DNA of 64,000 nt. It comes from Armatimonadota bacterium. Its GTDB lineage: Bacteria; Sysuimicrobiota; Sysuimicrobiia; Sysuimicrobiales; Sysuimicrobiaceae. Position 1 is the stretch's first letter. Each line of letters opens with the position of its first letter. Location: positions 50,003 to 114,002 of the forward strand of contig JANXBY010000009.1 of assembly GCA_025060455.1 (NCBI GenBank), in the 5' to 3' direction. The position numbers and the translations under genes are program-made. Below the pieces are notes generated by a model, which was given only the letters and a program-made list of their open reading frames with translations, was not told the DNA's origin and searched no databases. Positions 9,658-21,790 of the stretch are shown here, piece after piece.

Positions 9658-10327
9658 GACGGCCACCGACACGGCGGCGGTGGCCCTGGTGGATGGCGCA
9701 GGCGTGCTGGGCGAGCGCGTCGTGCGCAGGCCCATGTACACCCTGGAGTGGGTAGCCGCAGCCATCCACGGGCTGCTGGAAGACCTGTCCCTGGGTCCTG
9801 ACGTGGTGGAGGGGGTGGCGGTGTCCGTGGGGCCGGGGTCGTTCACAGGGCTGCGGGTGGGGATCGCCACCGCGGTGGGCTGGGCTCGGGCCCGGGGCCT
9901 GCCTGCCTGCGGGGTGCCAACCCTGGAAGCGATCGCCGCCGGGGTGGAGGCGGCGGTGGTGGGTGTGGTGGTGGACGCCAAGCGCGGGGAGGTGGCCGGA
10001 GCCCTGTTCGAGCGGAAAGACGGCCGCCTGGTGCGGGTGGTGGAGGAGCAGGTCGCACCTCCCGAGGATGTGGCCTCCGCCTTCCGGGAAGCCGGCCAGC
10101 GAGTGGGCCGTTGTGTCCTGGTGGGCGACGGGCTGGGCCGGTGGGTGGACGTGTTCGCCCGCGCGCTGCCCGAGGCCCGGTTTGCCGAGGCGGCGTCGTG
10201 GGCTCCTCGGGCCGCCCAGGTGGCGTGGCTGGGCCGCAAGCGCCTGCTGGAAGGCGGGGCGGAGCCGTTGGTGCGCATCCAGCCCTGGTACGGCCGGACG
10301 CCGGCGTTCCGATCGGTGGCACGGTGA
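9638..10327 (+). CDS. tsaB: tRNA t6A biosynthesis protein TsaB (YeaZ)
   Basis: 'MRVLGVETATDTAAVALV' N-terminal Kae1/YeaZ fold; positioned between tsaE and rimI. Confidence 0.8.
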   Translation: MRVLGVETATDTAAVALVDGAGVLGERVVRRPMYTLEWVAAAIHGLLEDLSLGPDVVEGVAVSVGPGSFTGLRVGIATAVGWARARGLPACGVPTLEAIAAGVEAAVVGVVVDAKRGEVAGALFERKDGRLVRVVEEQVAPPEDVASAFREAGQRVGRCVLVGDGLGRWVDVFARALPEARFAEAASWAPRAAQVAWLGRKRLLEGGAEPLVRIQPWYGRTPAFRSVAR

Positions 10328-10836
10328 AGGTGTTGACGTCCGTACAGATCGAGCCCATGCGGGTGGAGGACATCCCCCGTGTGCTGGAGATCGAGCGGCA
10401 GTGCTTCTCCACCCCCTGGCCTCGCGACGCGTACCGCCGTGAGCTGCAGGAAAACCGCACCGCCTGCTACCTGGTAGCACGGCAGAACGGGGTGGTGGTG
10501 GGGTACGCAGGGATGTGGGTGATCCTGGAGGAGGCCCACGTGACCACCCTGGCGGTGGAGCCCTGCCACCGCCGGAAGAAGATCGGGGAACGGTTGCTGG
10601 CGGCCCTCATCGAGGAGGCGCGCGCGCGGGGGGCGCGGTGGGTGACTTTGGAGGTCCGGCGGTCCAACCACGCGGCCCAGGCCCTGTACCGCAAGTACGG
10701 CTTCCGGGAGGTCCACGTGCGGCCCCGGTACTACAGTGACAACGGGGAAGACGCGCTCATCATGTGGACCGGAAACATCTGGGAGGAACCTTTCCGGTCC
10801 CAGTTCGAGGCCCTCAAGGCAGCCCTCCCCAGGTGA
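10324..10836 (+). CDS. rimI: Ribosomal-protein-alanine N-acetyltransferase
   Basis: GNAT motifs 'HVTTLAVEPCHRRKKIGERLL' and 'LEVRRSNHAAQALYRKYGF'; conserved position inside the tsaEB-tsaD cluster. Confidence 0.8.
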   Translation: MKVLTSVQIEPMRVEDIPRVLEIERQCFSTPWPRDAYRRELQENRTACYLVARQNGVVVGYAGMWVILEEAHVTTLAVEPCHRRKKIGERLLAALIEEARARGARWVTLEVRRSNHAAQALYRKYGFREVHVRPRYYSDNGEDALIMWTGNIWEEPFRSQFEALKAALPR

Positions 10837-10849
10837 ACGGGGGGCGACC

Positions 10850-11884
<1,035 letters not shown>

Positions 11885-11900
11885 CAGGGCCAAAGAGGCC

Positions 11901-13967
11901 TCACCCGCGCAGCAGCCGCGAGGAGTTCCCGAGGATGAACAGGTCGGGTAGGGCCTGTGCCGCGGCGGCCACCGGCAGGGGGAGAAGTCCCAGCGCAGCA
12001 AGACACAGCCCCACCACGTTGTAGACCGCGGTGGCCGCCAGGTTCAGGCGCACGGTGCGCATGAACCGGCGTGCCAGCCCGAACAGCTGCGGCACCAACT
12101 GCCAATCCTCCCGTAGCAGCACCACGTGGGCGGCCTCCGCCGCCACCGCGGCGGAGGCTGGCCCCAGTGCCACACCCACGTCCGCCTGCGCCAGGGCGGG
12201 CGCGTCGTTGACACCGTCGCCGACCACCACCACCACATGTCCTTGCCGCTGGTACTGCCGTACCACCTCCACCTTGTGCTCAGGCAGCAGTCGGGCCCGC
12301 CAGGCGATGCCGAGTTCTCGCGCCAGGGCCTCCGCGGCCGGCTCACTGTCGCCCGTGAGCAGCTCCACGTGGCGGACGCCCAAAGCCTTCAGGTGTCCCA
12401 GGGCCTCTGCGGTCCCAGGCCGAGGGCGGTCCGACAGGCGCAGGAGGCCGACGGGGCGTCCGTCCACGGCCACGGCCACGACCGTGCCCCCCTTCTGCTC
12501 CAGCCGCTGCAGGTGGTCTGAGAAGTCGGCCGGGGACAGCTCTACGGGCCGGCCCACCTGCACGTGCATGCCCCGGACTTGCGCACGGACGCCCCACCCG
12601 GGCTGAGCTCGGAATTCCTCGGGTGCCGTGACCGCAAGGCCGCGGACTTGCGCGGCCCGACGGATGGCCTGGGCCAGGGGGTGCTCGGAGTAGTGTTCCG
12701 CGGAAGCGGCCAGCGCCAGCACCCAGTCCGGGTTCCGTCCGTCCAGCACAACCACCTCCACCACCTCGGGCCGGCCCATGGTCAGGGTCCCCGTCTTGTC
12801 CACCAGCACCACGTCCGCCCGGGCCAGCGTCTCCAGGTGGCGGCCCCCCTTGACCAGCACGCCCCTGCGGGCGGCGGCGCCCACCGTGGCCAGTACCGCC
12901 ACCGGCGTGGCCAGGGCGATGGAGCAGGAACACGCCACCACCAGGACCGCGGCGGTGGCCAGGGCGTCGCCGCGGACGAGGAGGGTCGCAAGCGCGATCG
13001 CTGCCACCACGGGCAAGAACGCCGCGGCGAACCGGTCTGCGGCCAGCTGTACCGGCCCTCGGTCTCGTTCCGCCTCCTGGACCATACGCACGACTCGGCC
13101 GAAGGTGCTGTCCCGGCCCACGGCGGTGGCGCGAACGCGCACGTAGCCGCTCTGAACCAGGGAGGCGGCGAACACCGAAGCCCCTGGCCCCACCTCTACC
13201 GGCACAGGCTCCCCCGTGACGGAGGACTGGTCCACGGCGGCGGCTCCCTCCAACACGATCCCGTCCACGGGGATCGCCTCGCCGGGGCGCACGACGACGA
13301 CTTCCCCGGGCCGGACCTCCTCCGCCGGGACGCTCACCTCCCTGCCGTCCCGCTCGATCCGCGCCACCCGGGGGGTCATGCGGGCGAGGTGCGCCACCGC
13401 GTCCCGGGCGCGCTCGGTGGTGAATCGCTCCACGAACTCGCCCACCCGCATGAAGAACACCACCACCGCCGCCGCGGCCCACTCTCCTACCGCCGCGGCG
13501 GCCATCACCCCAAGGGTCATGAGGGTGTGCGCGACGACCCGACCCTGCCGGGCTGCCGCCACGACCTTTCGAAACACCGGCCAGCCGCCCGTCAGGATCA
13601 CGGCCAGCCATAGCGGGGGCGGGACCCGCCGGGTGACCTCCTCCACCAGCCCCGTCCGCTCACCCAAGACGGCGAGCACCAGGACCACTCCGAACAGCGC
13701 CCCGAGCGCGCGCAAGACAGACCGGCCGTACGGTGCTGCGGCACTGGCCGGCTCCGCCGCGTAGCCCGCGCCCCGCACGGCCTCCTTCAGCTGCTCGGGG
13801 TCGGTACGCATGGGGTCGTAGCGGACCACCGCCCGGCCTGCGCCCAAGGGGACCTCCGCGTACGCCACACCAGGAAGCGAAGCCAGGGTCTTCTGGAGGT
13901 GGGCCGCGCAGTGCGCGCAGTCCACGCCCTGGACGGGCAGCTCCACGGTGCGGGTGGCGCCCGTCAC
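11901..13967 (-). CDS. Heavy-metal translocating P1B-type ATPase with an atypical TM6 'CSC' motif
   Basis: 'DKTGTLT' phosphorylation site; 'GDGVNDAPALA' hinge; N-terminal HMA-like domain with 'VDCAHC' (CxxC); TM6 reads 'VVACSCSIALATP' where CPC is expected; 4-nt overlap with the upstream ArsR-family gene. Confidence 0.8.
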   Translation of the reverse strand: MTGATRTVELPVQGVDCAHCAAHLQKTLASLPGVAYAEVPLGAGRAVVRYDPMRTDPEQLKEAVRGAGYAAEPASAAAPYGRSVLRALGALFGVVLVLAVLGERTGLVEEVTRRVPPPLWLAVILTGGWPVFRKVVAAARQGRVVAHTLMTLGVMAAAAVGEWAAAAVVVFFMRVGEFVERFTTERARDAVAHLARMTPRVARIERDGREVSVPAEEVRPGEVVVVRPGEAIPVDGIVLEGAAAVDQSSVTGEPVPVEVGPGASVFAASLVQSGYVRVRATAVGRDSTFGRVVRMVQEAERDRGPVQLAADRFAAAFLPVVAAIALATLLVRGDALATAAVLVVACSCSIALATPVAVLATVGAAARRGVLVKGGRHLETLARADVVLVDKTGTLTMGRPEVVEVVVLDGRNPDWVLALAASAEHYSEHPLAQAIRRAAQVRGLAVTAPEEFRAQPGWGVRAQVRGMHVQVGRPVELSPADFSDHLQRLEQKGGTVVAVAVDGRPVGLLRLSDRPRPGTAEALGHLKALGVRHVELLTGDSEPAAEALARELGIAWRARLLPEHKVEVVRQYQRQGHVVVVVGDGVNDAPALAQADVGVALGPASAAVAAEAAHVVLLREDWQLVPQLFGLARRFMRTVRLNLAATAVYNVVGLCLAALGLLPLPVAAAAQALPDLFILGNSSRLLRG

Positions 13968-14311
13968 CTTTGTGCGTCGGCGTACCGGGTGCACTGGTAC
14001 ACACCCCGAGCCACTTCCGCCAGCAGCTGGTTCGCGAGGGCCAGAAGGGCTGCCACCCGCGGGTCGCTCAGGTGGTACCGGACGAACCGGCCCTGCCGGT
14101 GGCGCTGCACCAGCCCGCAGTCCCACAGGCACTGCAGGTGGTTGGACACATTCGGCTGGCTGAGTCCGGTGAGCCGGACGACCTCTCCCACGGTGCGGGG
14201 CCCTTCCCGCAGGCACTCGAGGATGGCCAGGCGCGAGGGGTCAGCAAAACCGCGGAACAGTTTGGCCTTGAGCGCTAAGGCGTCGGCAGGCGTGGGGGCC
14301 AAGACAGCCAT
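13964..14311 (-). CDS. ArsR/SmtB-family metalloregulator
   Basis: wHTH 'FADPSRLAILECLREGPRTVGEVVRLTGLSQPNVSNHLQCLWDCGLV'; translationally coupled to the P-type ATPase; the ORF could extend to 14371. Confidence 0.7.
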   Translation of the reverse strand: MAVLAPTPADALALKAKLFRGFADPSRLAILECLREGPRTVGEVVRLTGLSQPNVSNHLQCLWDCGLVQRHRQGRFVRYHLSDPRVAALLALANQLLAEVARGVYQCTRYADAQR

Positions 14312-14379
14312 GCGAGACCTACTGATATCGTGATTCGGTAATATTTTCTTCCCACCATCCGCGGCGGTCAACCCGGGGC

Positions 14380-14408
14380 TTGCGGGCAGCCAGACGCCTG
14401 CCTACACT
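14380..14408 (+). promoter_or_regulatory. Sigma-A-type promoter of groESL (-35 TTGCGG, 17-nt spacer, -10 TACACT)
   Basis: Hexamers and spacing read directly; located immediately upstream of CIRCE. Confidence 0.5.
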
Positions 14409-14418
14409 TAGGGCGGGA

Positions 14419-14445
14419 TTAGCACTCTCCGCGTTCGAGTGCTAA
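14419..14445 (+). promoter_or_regulatory. CIRCE operator (HrcA binding site) TTAGCACTC-N9-GAGTGCTAA
   Basis: Perfect 9-N9-9 inverted repeat identical to the CIRCE consensus, 45 nt upstream of groES. Confidence 0.9.
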
Positions 14446-14490
14446 TCCCGCACGCCCAAAACTCCAACGGCCAAAGGAGGGAAGGTCGCC

Positions 14491-16411
<1,921 letters not shown>

Positions 16412-16432
16412 CCGCCCCTCGGCAGGCGGAAT

Positions 16433-16469
16433 CGGGGAGGGCCCTGCCAGGCCCTCCCCGATTCGTTTT
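16433..16469 (+). terminator. Rho-independent terminator after groEL
   Basis: 11-bp GC stem (CGGGGAGGGCC / GGCCCTCCCCG) with a 6-nt loop, followed by ATTCGTTTT. Confidence 0.7.
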
Positions 16470-16896
16470 GCGAGCAGGGCCGGGTCCCCTGGTGGTCGAA
16501 CCTTCAAGCGTGCTCGCTCTTCACGCCTTCCGCGACCTCCTGTGGACCGCGGTGGTCCTCCACGCGGCGGTGTTCCTCGTTGCCTTCGTGCTGGACCTGG
16601 CGCGGCGGCGGTTGCCCGCGTGGCTGTGGGGCGCTTACCTCGTGGCCTCCGTCCTCGTGCTGGTCCAGGGCCTTTCCGGCGTAGGCCTGTACTTGACCGG
16701 CTTCAGGCCTCCTGACACCCTGCACCTGGTTTATGGCCTGCTTTCCCTGGCCGGCGGCGTGGCGGCGTTCGGGCTGCGGCCCGGTGGCTTCCTACGGGTA
16801 CCCCCTGACCGAGAAGCCCGGGCGGTGGCCTTGGTCTCCCTCACGGTGACCGCCCTGCTGCTGCGCGCGTATCAGACGGGTGCCTTCGGACGGTAG
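16468..16896 (+). CDS. Hypothetical integral membrane protein
   Basis: Three to four hydrophobic helices; no recognisable motif; start uncertain (internal GTG at 16504 is possible). Confidence 0.4.
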   Translation: MRAGPGPLVVEPSSVLALHAFRDLLWTAVVLHAAVFLVAFVLDLARRRLPAWLWGAYLVASVLVLVQGLSGVGLYLTGFRPPDTLHLVYGLLSLAGGVAAFGLRPGGFLRVPPDREARAVALVSLTVTALLLRAYQTGAFGR

Positions 16897-17012
16897 AGCG
16901 GGTCCCCGTGCGCACGTTCCGCGCCTTGGCTTTCGGAGGGCTGGAAGGCCTTGACGGGCCGGCCACGCAGAGCCGATATCCTATAACGTATACCACCGGT
17001 GAGGAGGGACCG

Positions 17013-18023
17013 ATGAGCTTCCCGGTTCGCCGCGCGTGGGTTGCGCTGGTCGGTGTTTTGGCGGCGGTGGCGCTGCTCGATTCAGCGGGTGCACAAGGCC
17101 CCAGCCAGGGGCCTGCGAAACGCTGGGTCACCCGCGGCCCGGCGCGCACCGTGATCCACAACCTGTACCGCTGCCCGGTTCCCGTGTCCAACCACAGGGT
17201 GAGCGCCGTCGGACAGATTACCGCGGACGACGGGACGGTGCTGACGGTGCCCGCCCTGACGGCGCTGCAGATGCGGAAAGGGCCCCGCAGCTACGACCTC
17301 TACAACGAGTGCACCCAGGTCACGCCCCGGAACAGTGCCGAGGTCTCCACCGACCAGGTCCCCGTGGTGGAGGTGGACCCGGGCGGGGAGGTGGTCACCG
17401 GCTACGTGGTGGCGGACAACTACTATGAGATGTACGTGAACGGCCGCCTGGTTTCCGTGGACAACACGCCGTACACCCCGTTCAACTCCGCCATCGTTCG
17501 CTTCCGGGTCCGCCGGCCGTACACCGTCGCCTTCCTGCTCGTGGACTGGGAAGAACACCTGGGCCTGGGCATGGAGCTGTTCCCCCTGACCGGGCCCAAC
17601 CGCAACCCCTGGTATCCCGGAGACGGAGGACTGATCCTGCGGCTGAGCGATGGCACGGTGACCGACAGCACGTGGAAAGCCCAGTCCTTCTACATCGCGC
17701 CCCTCGAGCGGCCCGAGGAGGTGGTGGAGCGGGGGCCGGTTCACGACACCACTCCCCTGGGCCGGGTCCACCCGTTCTCCCGGAGGCCGACCTGCCAGGA
17801 GAACTGCTACGCGGTCCACTACCCCATCCCGCCGCGTTGGTGGGCGAAGGAGTTCGACGACTCTGGCTGGCCCCGGGCGTACGAGTACACGGACACGGAC
17901 ATCGGGGTGACCAACCTGCCCGCGTACACCCGATACCCGGAGCTGTTCGAAGGAGCGCGGTGGATCTGGACGGTGAACCTGGTGTTGGACAACGTGGTGA
18001 TCGCCCGGAAGGTGGTGCGGTAA
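17013..18023 (+). CDS. Hypothetical secreted protein (signal peptide, no recognisable domain)
   Basis: N-terminal 'MSFPVRRAWVALVGVLAAVALLDSAGAQG' signal peptide with ATG start; Trp/Tyr-rich ~310-aa mature region with several Cys; no motif recognised. Confidence 0.5.
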   Translation: MSFPVRRAWVALVGVLAAVALLDSAGAQGPSQGPAKRWVTRGPARTVIHNLYRCPVPVSNHRVSAVGQITADDGTVLTVPALTALQMRKGPRSYDLYNECTQVTPRNSAEVSTDQVPVVEVDPGGEVVTGYVVADNYYEMYVNGRLVSVDNTPYTPFNSAIVRFRVRRPYTVAFLLVDWEEHLGLGMELFPLTGPNRNPWYPGDGGLILRLSDGTVTDSTWKAQSFYIAPLERPEEVVERGPVHDTTPLGRVHPFSRRPTCQENCYAVHYPIPPRWWAKEFDDSGWPRAYEYTDTDIGVTNLPAYTRYPELFEGARWIWTVNLVLDNVVIARKVVR

Positions 18024-18024
18024 A

Positions 18025-18101
18025 TGGTGGGCCCTCGTGGACTCGAACCACGGACCTCGGTCTTATCAGGACCGCGCTCTGACCACCTGAGCTAAGGGCC
18101 C
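18025..18101 (-). tRNA. tRNA-Ile (anticodon GAT)
   Basis: Reverse complement folds as GGGCCCU acceptor stem, anticodon loop cuGAUaa, T-arm GGTTCGAGTCC, encoded CCA; 77 nt. Confidence 0.85.
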
Positions 18102-18245
18102 GGAGCACCCCCATTGTAGGGGGTTCCGCTGCGCGGTGTCAAAGCGCGGAGCGGCTGCAGGACGGCACCCGGGGCCCGTCTATGAAAAGAAGACGCGGAA
18201 CGTGCGGGGGTAGACCGGGGTCCCCCAAAATCGCGCCGGGGGTTT

Positions 18246-19376
18246 TTGACGCGGCGTAGGGAGGCGGTCGTGGCGAAAAAGAGCGTACGGCAGCTCGGTG
18301 TGGCAGTGGTGGGGGCTGGACGCGTGGGGACCTTCCGGGCCCAGATCGCCGCCCGCCACCCCGCGGTCCGGTGGATCGGCGTCGCGGAGCGGATCCCCGA
18401 GCGCGGGGAGGCGCTGGCACAGAGGGTGGGCGCGGACTACGTGACTACCGACTTCCGGGAGCTGTTGGCGCGGCCTGAGGTGAGCTGCGTGGTGGTGGCC
18501 ACGGACGAGCACCTACACGTGGCCCCCGTTCTGGCCGCGGTGGAGCGGGGCCTGCCCCTGCTGGTGGAAAAGCCGCTGGCCACCACGCTCCAGGACTCCG
18601 CCAGGGTCCTGCAGGCCATCCAGGAGGCAGGGGTGGACGCGGTGGTGGGGTACACCCAGCGGTTCCGGCGCAGGTGGCTGGCGGCCAAGGAGAAGTGCCG
18701 GACGGGGGCCCTGGGAGACGTCACCCTGGTGACCGCCCGGGCATTCCTGAACCGGCTGGTGGCCCTGGACAACTACCGAAGGACCGACGACCCCACGCGC
18801 ATCTCACCCATGGTCATCTCAGGCACCCACGCCCTCGACCTGTGCCTGTGGTTCCTGGAGGGTAAGCAGGCGGTGGAGGTGTGCGCGTGGGCGGTGGACA
18901 AGGTCCTGGGGCCCCTACACTCCGGCATCGACGCCACCGTGGGAACCGTGGTGTTTGAAGACGGCACCCTGCTGCACATGGCAGTGTCCTGGGCGCTGCC
19001 CGTCACGTGGCCGGGGGCCGTGTACAGCGTGGAAGTCGGGATCGTGGGCACCGAGGGAGTCCTCACCGTGGACGACACGCACCGGGACGTGGTCCTGGCG
19101 GTCAGCGCGCCGCAGATGGAGGGCTACCTCCCCCACCACAGCCGCCTGGTGGACTTCCTGGGGAGCTACCCACCTGGGGACGTGGCCTTCGGCGAGCTGT
19201 GGGGCCCCATGCGGGACGAGACGGTGGCGTGGCTGGATCGGGTGGCCATGGGGGTGGCGACGCCGCACGCCACCGCGGCGGAGGCACACCACCGCCTCAT
19301 GGTGAGCAAGGCGTTCGACCTGTCGGCGCGCACGCGGAGGCCCGTGCCGCTGCCCCTGCGGTCGGAGGAGGCCTGA
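18246..19376 (+). CDS. Gfo/Idh/MocA-family NAD(P)-dependent oxidoreductase
   Basis: N-terminal Rossmann 'LGVAVVGAGRVGTFRAQIA'; 'EKPLATT' motif typical of the family. Confidence 0.8.
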   Translation: MTRRREAVVAKKSVRQLGVAVVGAGRVGTFRAQIAARHPAVRWIGVAERIPERGEALAQRVGADYVTTDFRELLARPEVSCVVVATDEHLHVAPVLAAVERGLPLLVEKPLATTLQDSARVLQAIQEAGVDAVVGYTQRFRRRWLAAKEKCRTGALGDVTLVTARAFLNRLVALDNYRRTDDPTRISPMVISGTHALDLCLWFLEGKQAVEVCAWAVDKVLGPLHSGIDATVGTVVFEDGTLLHMAVSWALPVTWPGAVYSVEVGIVGTEGVLTVDDTHRDVVLAVSAPQMEGYLPHHSRLVDFLGSYPPGDVAFGELWGPMRDETVAWLDRVAMGVATPHATAAEAHHRLMVSKAFDLSARTRRPVPLPLRSEEA

Positions 19377-19442
19377 GCCCCCGGCAGGACCCAGCCGCCT
19401 CCGCGTGGAACGCTCGAGCGGCCACGGAAGCCGAGGGCGCCT

Positions 19443-20681
19443 GTGCCTGCCATAGCCTCCCTGGACGAGCGCGCGCGGGAAGCTGCCTCCGCGGTGGACG
19501 CGGGGGAGGTGGTGGCGCTGGCCCGCCGGTTGGTGCGGATTCCCAGCGTCGTCCGTCCCGGGGATCCGCGTGCCCACGAGGGCGAGGTGGCTCAGTTCCT
19601 GGCGGAGGAGCTGCAGCGCAGAGGCTTCCAGGTTGCCTGCCAGGAGGTGGCACCCGGGCGGCCCAACGTGGTGGCGGACTGGGACACGGGCAACCCAGGG
19701 TTCGGGTTGCTGGTGGAGGGGCACACCGACGTGGTCACCGAGGGTGACCGTAGCGCGTGGTCGTACGACCCGTTCGGCGCGGAGGTGGTCGCTGGGCGCC
19801 TGTACGGGCGCGGCGCGTGCGACATGAAGGGTGGCCTGGCCGCGGCGGTGGTGGCGGTGGACACCGTCCGGCGGGCGGTGCGCGGGCTGCGGGGCCGGGT
19901 GCGGATCACCGCCCTGGTGGACGAGGAAGGGATGATGGAGGGCGTCAAGGCGTTCGTGCGGGCCGGGCTGGCGGACGGCTTCCACGGTGCCCTGGTGTGC
20001 GAGCCGGAGGAAAACGAGGTGTGCCTGGTGCAGAAGGGAGCCCTCCGCATCCGGGCGGTCTTCCGAGGACGCCAGGCCCACGGAGCCATGCCGTACGCGG
20101 GCTGCAACCCGCTGCCCGCGGCGGCGCGCTTTGTTCTCTCCCTGGCGGAGCTGCAGGCTGCCGAGCAGCGCCGCTGTGGCGCCCACCCCCTTCTGGGCCT
20201 GCCGTGGATCACGCCCACCACCCTGCGTGCTCCCGCGTACGGGGATGCCCAGTTCAACGTCATGGCCGGGGAGGCCCACGTGACCGTAGACCTGCGGACC
20301 GTGCCGGGCCAGGATCACGGACGCCTCGTGCAGGCTCTGCAGGACTTGGCCGACCGCGCCGCGGAGGCGACGGAGGGCCTGGAGGCTCACACCGACCTGG
20401 TGGAAGACCGCCCGTGGACTCAGACCCCGCGCGACGCCCCGGTGGTCCGGGCGGTGGAGCGGGCGGTGCGGGCGGTGACCGGTCGGGAGCCGCGCTACGG
20501 TGGGGTTCCGGGGTGCACCGACGGGACGTTCCTGTGGGCATGGGCCGGGCTGCCGGTGGTGGTTCTGGGCCCGGGTCGGCGGGAGGTCCCGCACCAGGTG
20601 GACGAGTACGTGGACGTCGACGAACTGGTGGAGGCAGCTCGCATCTACGCGGCCGCGGTGGTGTACGCCCTGGGTGAGTAG
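19443..20681 (+). CDS. M20-family metallopeptidase (ArgE/DapE-type deacylase)
   Basis: 'GHTDVV' metal-binding His-Asp motif; 'GRGACDMKGG'; length about 410 aa. Confidence 0.8.
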   Translation: MPAIASLDERAREAASAVDAGEVVALARRLVRIPSVVRPGDPRAHEGEVAQFLAEELQRRGFQVACQEVAPGRPNVVADWDTGNPGFGLLVEGHTDVVTEGDRSAWSYDPFGAEVVAGRLYGRGACDMKGGLAAAVVAVDTVRRAVRGLRGRVRITALVDEEGMMEGVKAFVRAGLADGFHGALVCEPEENEVCLVQKGALRIRAVFRGRQAHGAMPYAGCNPLPAAARFVLSLAELQAAEQRRCGAHPLLGLPWITPTTLRAPAYGDAQFNVMAGEAHVTVDLRTVPGQDHGRLVQALQDLADRAAEATEGLEAHTDLVEDRPWTQTPRDAPVVRAVERAVRAVTGREPRYGGVPGCTDGTFLWAWAGLPVVVLGPGRREVPHQVDEYVDVDELVEAARIYAAAVVYALGE

Positions 20682-20692
20682 GGAGGTGGACC

Positions 20693-21484
20693 GTGGTGGA
20701 CTCCAGCATGTTCCGGCTGGACGGGCGGGTGGGGCTGGTGGTGGGAGCGGGGTCGGGCATCGGAGCCGCCTCGGCACGGGCGCTAGCCGCGTCCGGTGCA
20801 GTGGTGGCCTGTGCGGACGTGCGGGAGGACGCGGCCCGGGCTACCGCGCAGGCCGTTCTCCAGGCGGGCGGCCGCGCGGAGAGCTTCCACGTGGACGTCA
20901 CGGACCCTGCGTCCACGGATCGGTTGGTGGATGACGTCCACCGGCGCTTCGGCTCGCTGGACGTGGTGGTGGTCACCCCCGGGATCAACGTCCGCAAGCC
21001 CCTCGTGCGGTACACGGATGAGGAGTTCGACCGCGTGGTGGCGGTCAATCTGAAAGGGACCTTCCACGTCCTTCGTGCCGCCGGCCGGTTGATGGCGGAG
21101 CAGGGCCGCGGGAGCATTGTGGTGCTTGCCTCCATCCGCGCGCAGGTGGTGGAGCCTGGCCAGGGCGTGTACGCGGCCACGAAGGCCGGGGTGGTGCAGC
21201 TGGCCCGCGCCCTGGCCGCGGAGTTGGGACCGCGGGGCGTGCGGGTGAACGCGGTGGCACCCGGCGTGGTGGAGACCCCGCTCACGGCGCCAATCCAGCA
21301 GAACCCGGAGTGGTACCGCGCGTACGCGGAAAAGCCGGCCCTGGGCCGGTGGGCGAAGCCCGACGAGGTGGCGGGTGCGGTGGTGTTCCTGGCCTCAGAC
21401 GCGGCCAGCTACGTGACGGGTTCGGTGCTGGTGGTGGACGGCGGCTGGACCGCGGTGGACGGCCGGTTCAACCCGCCGGTGTGA
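20693..21484 (+). CDS. Short-chain dehydrogenase/reductase (SDR)
   Basis: 'GRVGLVVGAGSGIGAA' cofactor motif; 'YAATKAG' catalytic YxxxK. Confidence 0.85.
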   Translation: MVDSSMFRLDGRVGLVVGAGSGIGAASARALAASGAVVACADVREDAARATAQAVLQAGGRAESFHVDVTDPASTDRLVDDVHRRFGSLDVVVVTPGINVRKPLVRYTDEEFDRVVAVNLKGTFHVLRAAGRLMAEQGRGSIVVLASIRAQVVEPGQGVYAATKAGVVQLARALAAELGPRGVRVNAVAPGVVETPLTAPIQQNPEWYRAYAEKPALGRWAKPDEVAGAVVFLASDAASYVTGSVLVVDGGWTAVDGRFNPPV

Positions 21485-21754
21485 GGAGCCGTTTCGAGTT
21501 CCCGGGGAGACCTCGGAGCCCACGAGGCACGTCCAGGCTGCGACCACGTTCAGATCGAACGGGTGCCCGGCTTGTTCCCGGACGTGAGTGCGGGCGCGGT
21601 CCGGTGACCAGGCAGGACGGTAGGCCCGGTTGGAGGTGAGGGCGTCGTACACGTCCACCACGGCCAGGATCCGCGCCAGCAACGGGATCTGTTCGCTGGC
21701 CAGCCCGTCGGGGTAACCCGAGCCGTCGCCACGCTCGTGGGGGTGTCGGAGCAC
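21395..21754 (-). pseudogene. HD-GYP domain fragment (C-terminal half only) downstream of the histidine kinase
   Basis: 'HHERGDGSGYPDGL' GYP motif is present, but the HD motif and the N-terminal 100+ aa are missing; only 37 nt separate it from the HK stop. Confidence 0.5.
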
Positions 21755-21790
21755 CTCCGCTTCCTGCTGGAGGCCGTCCGCCTTCTCCCG

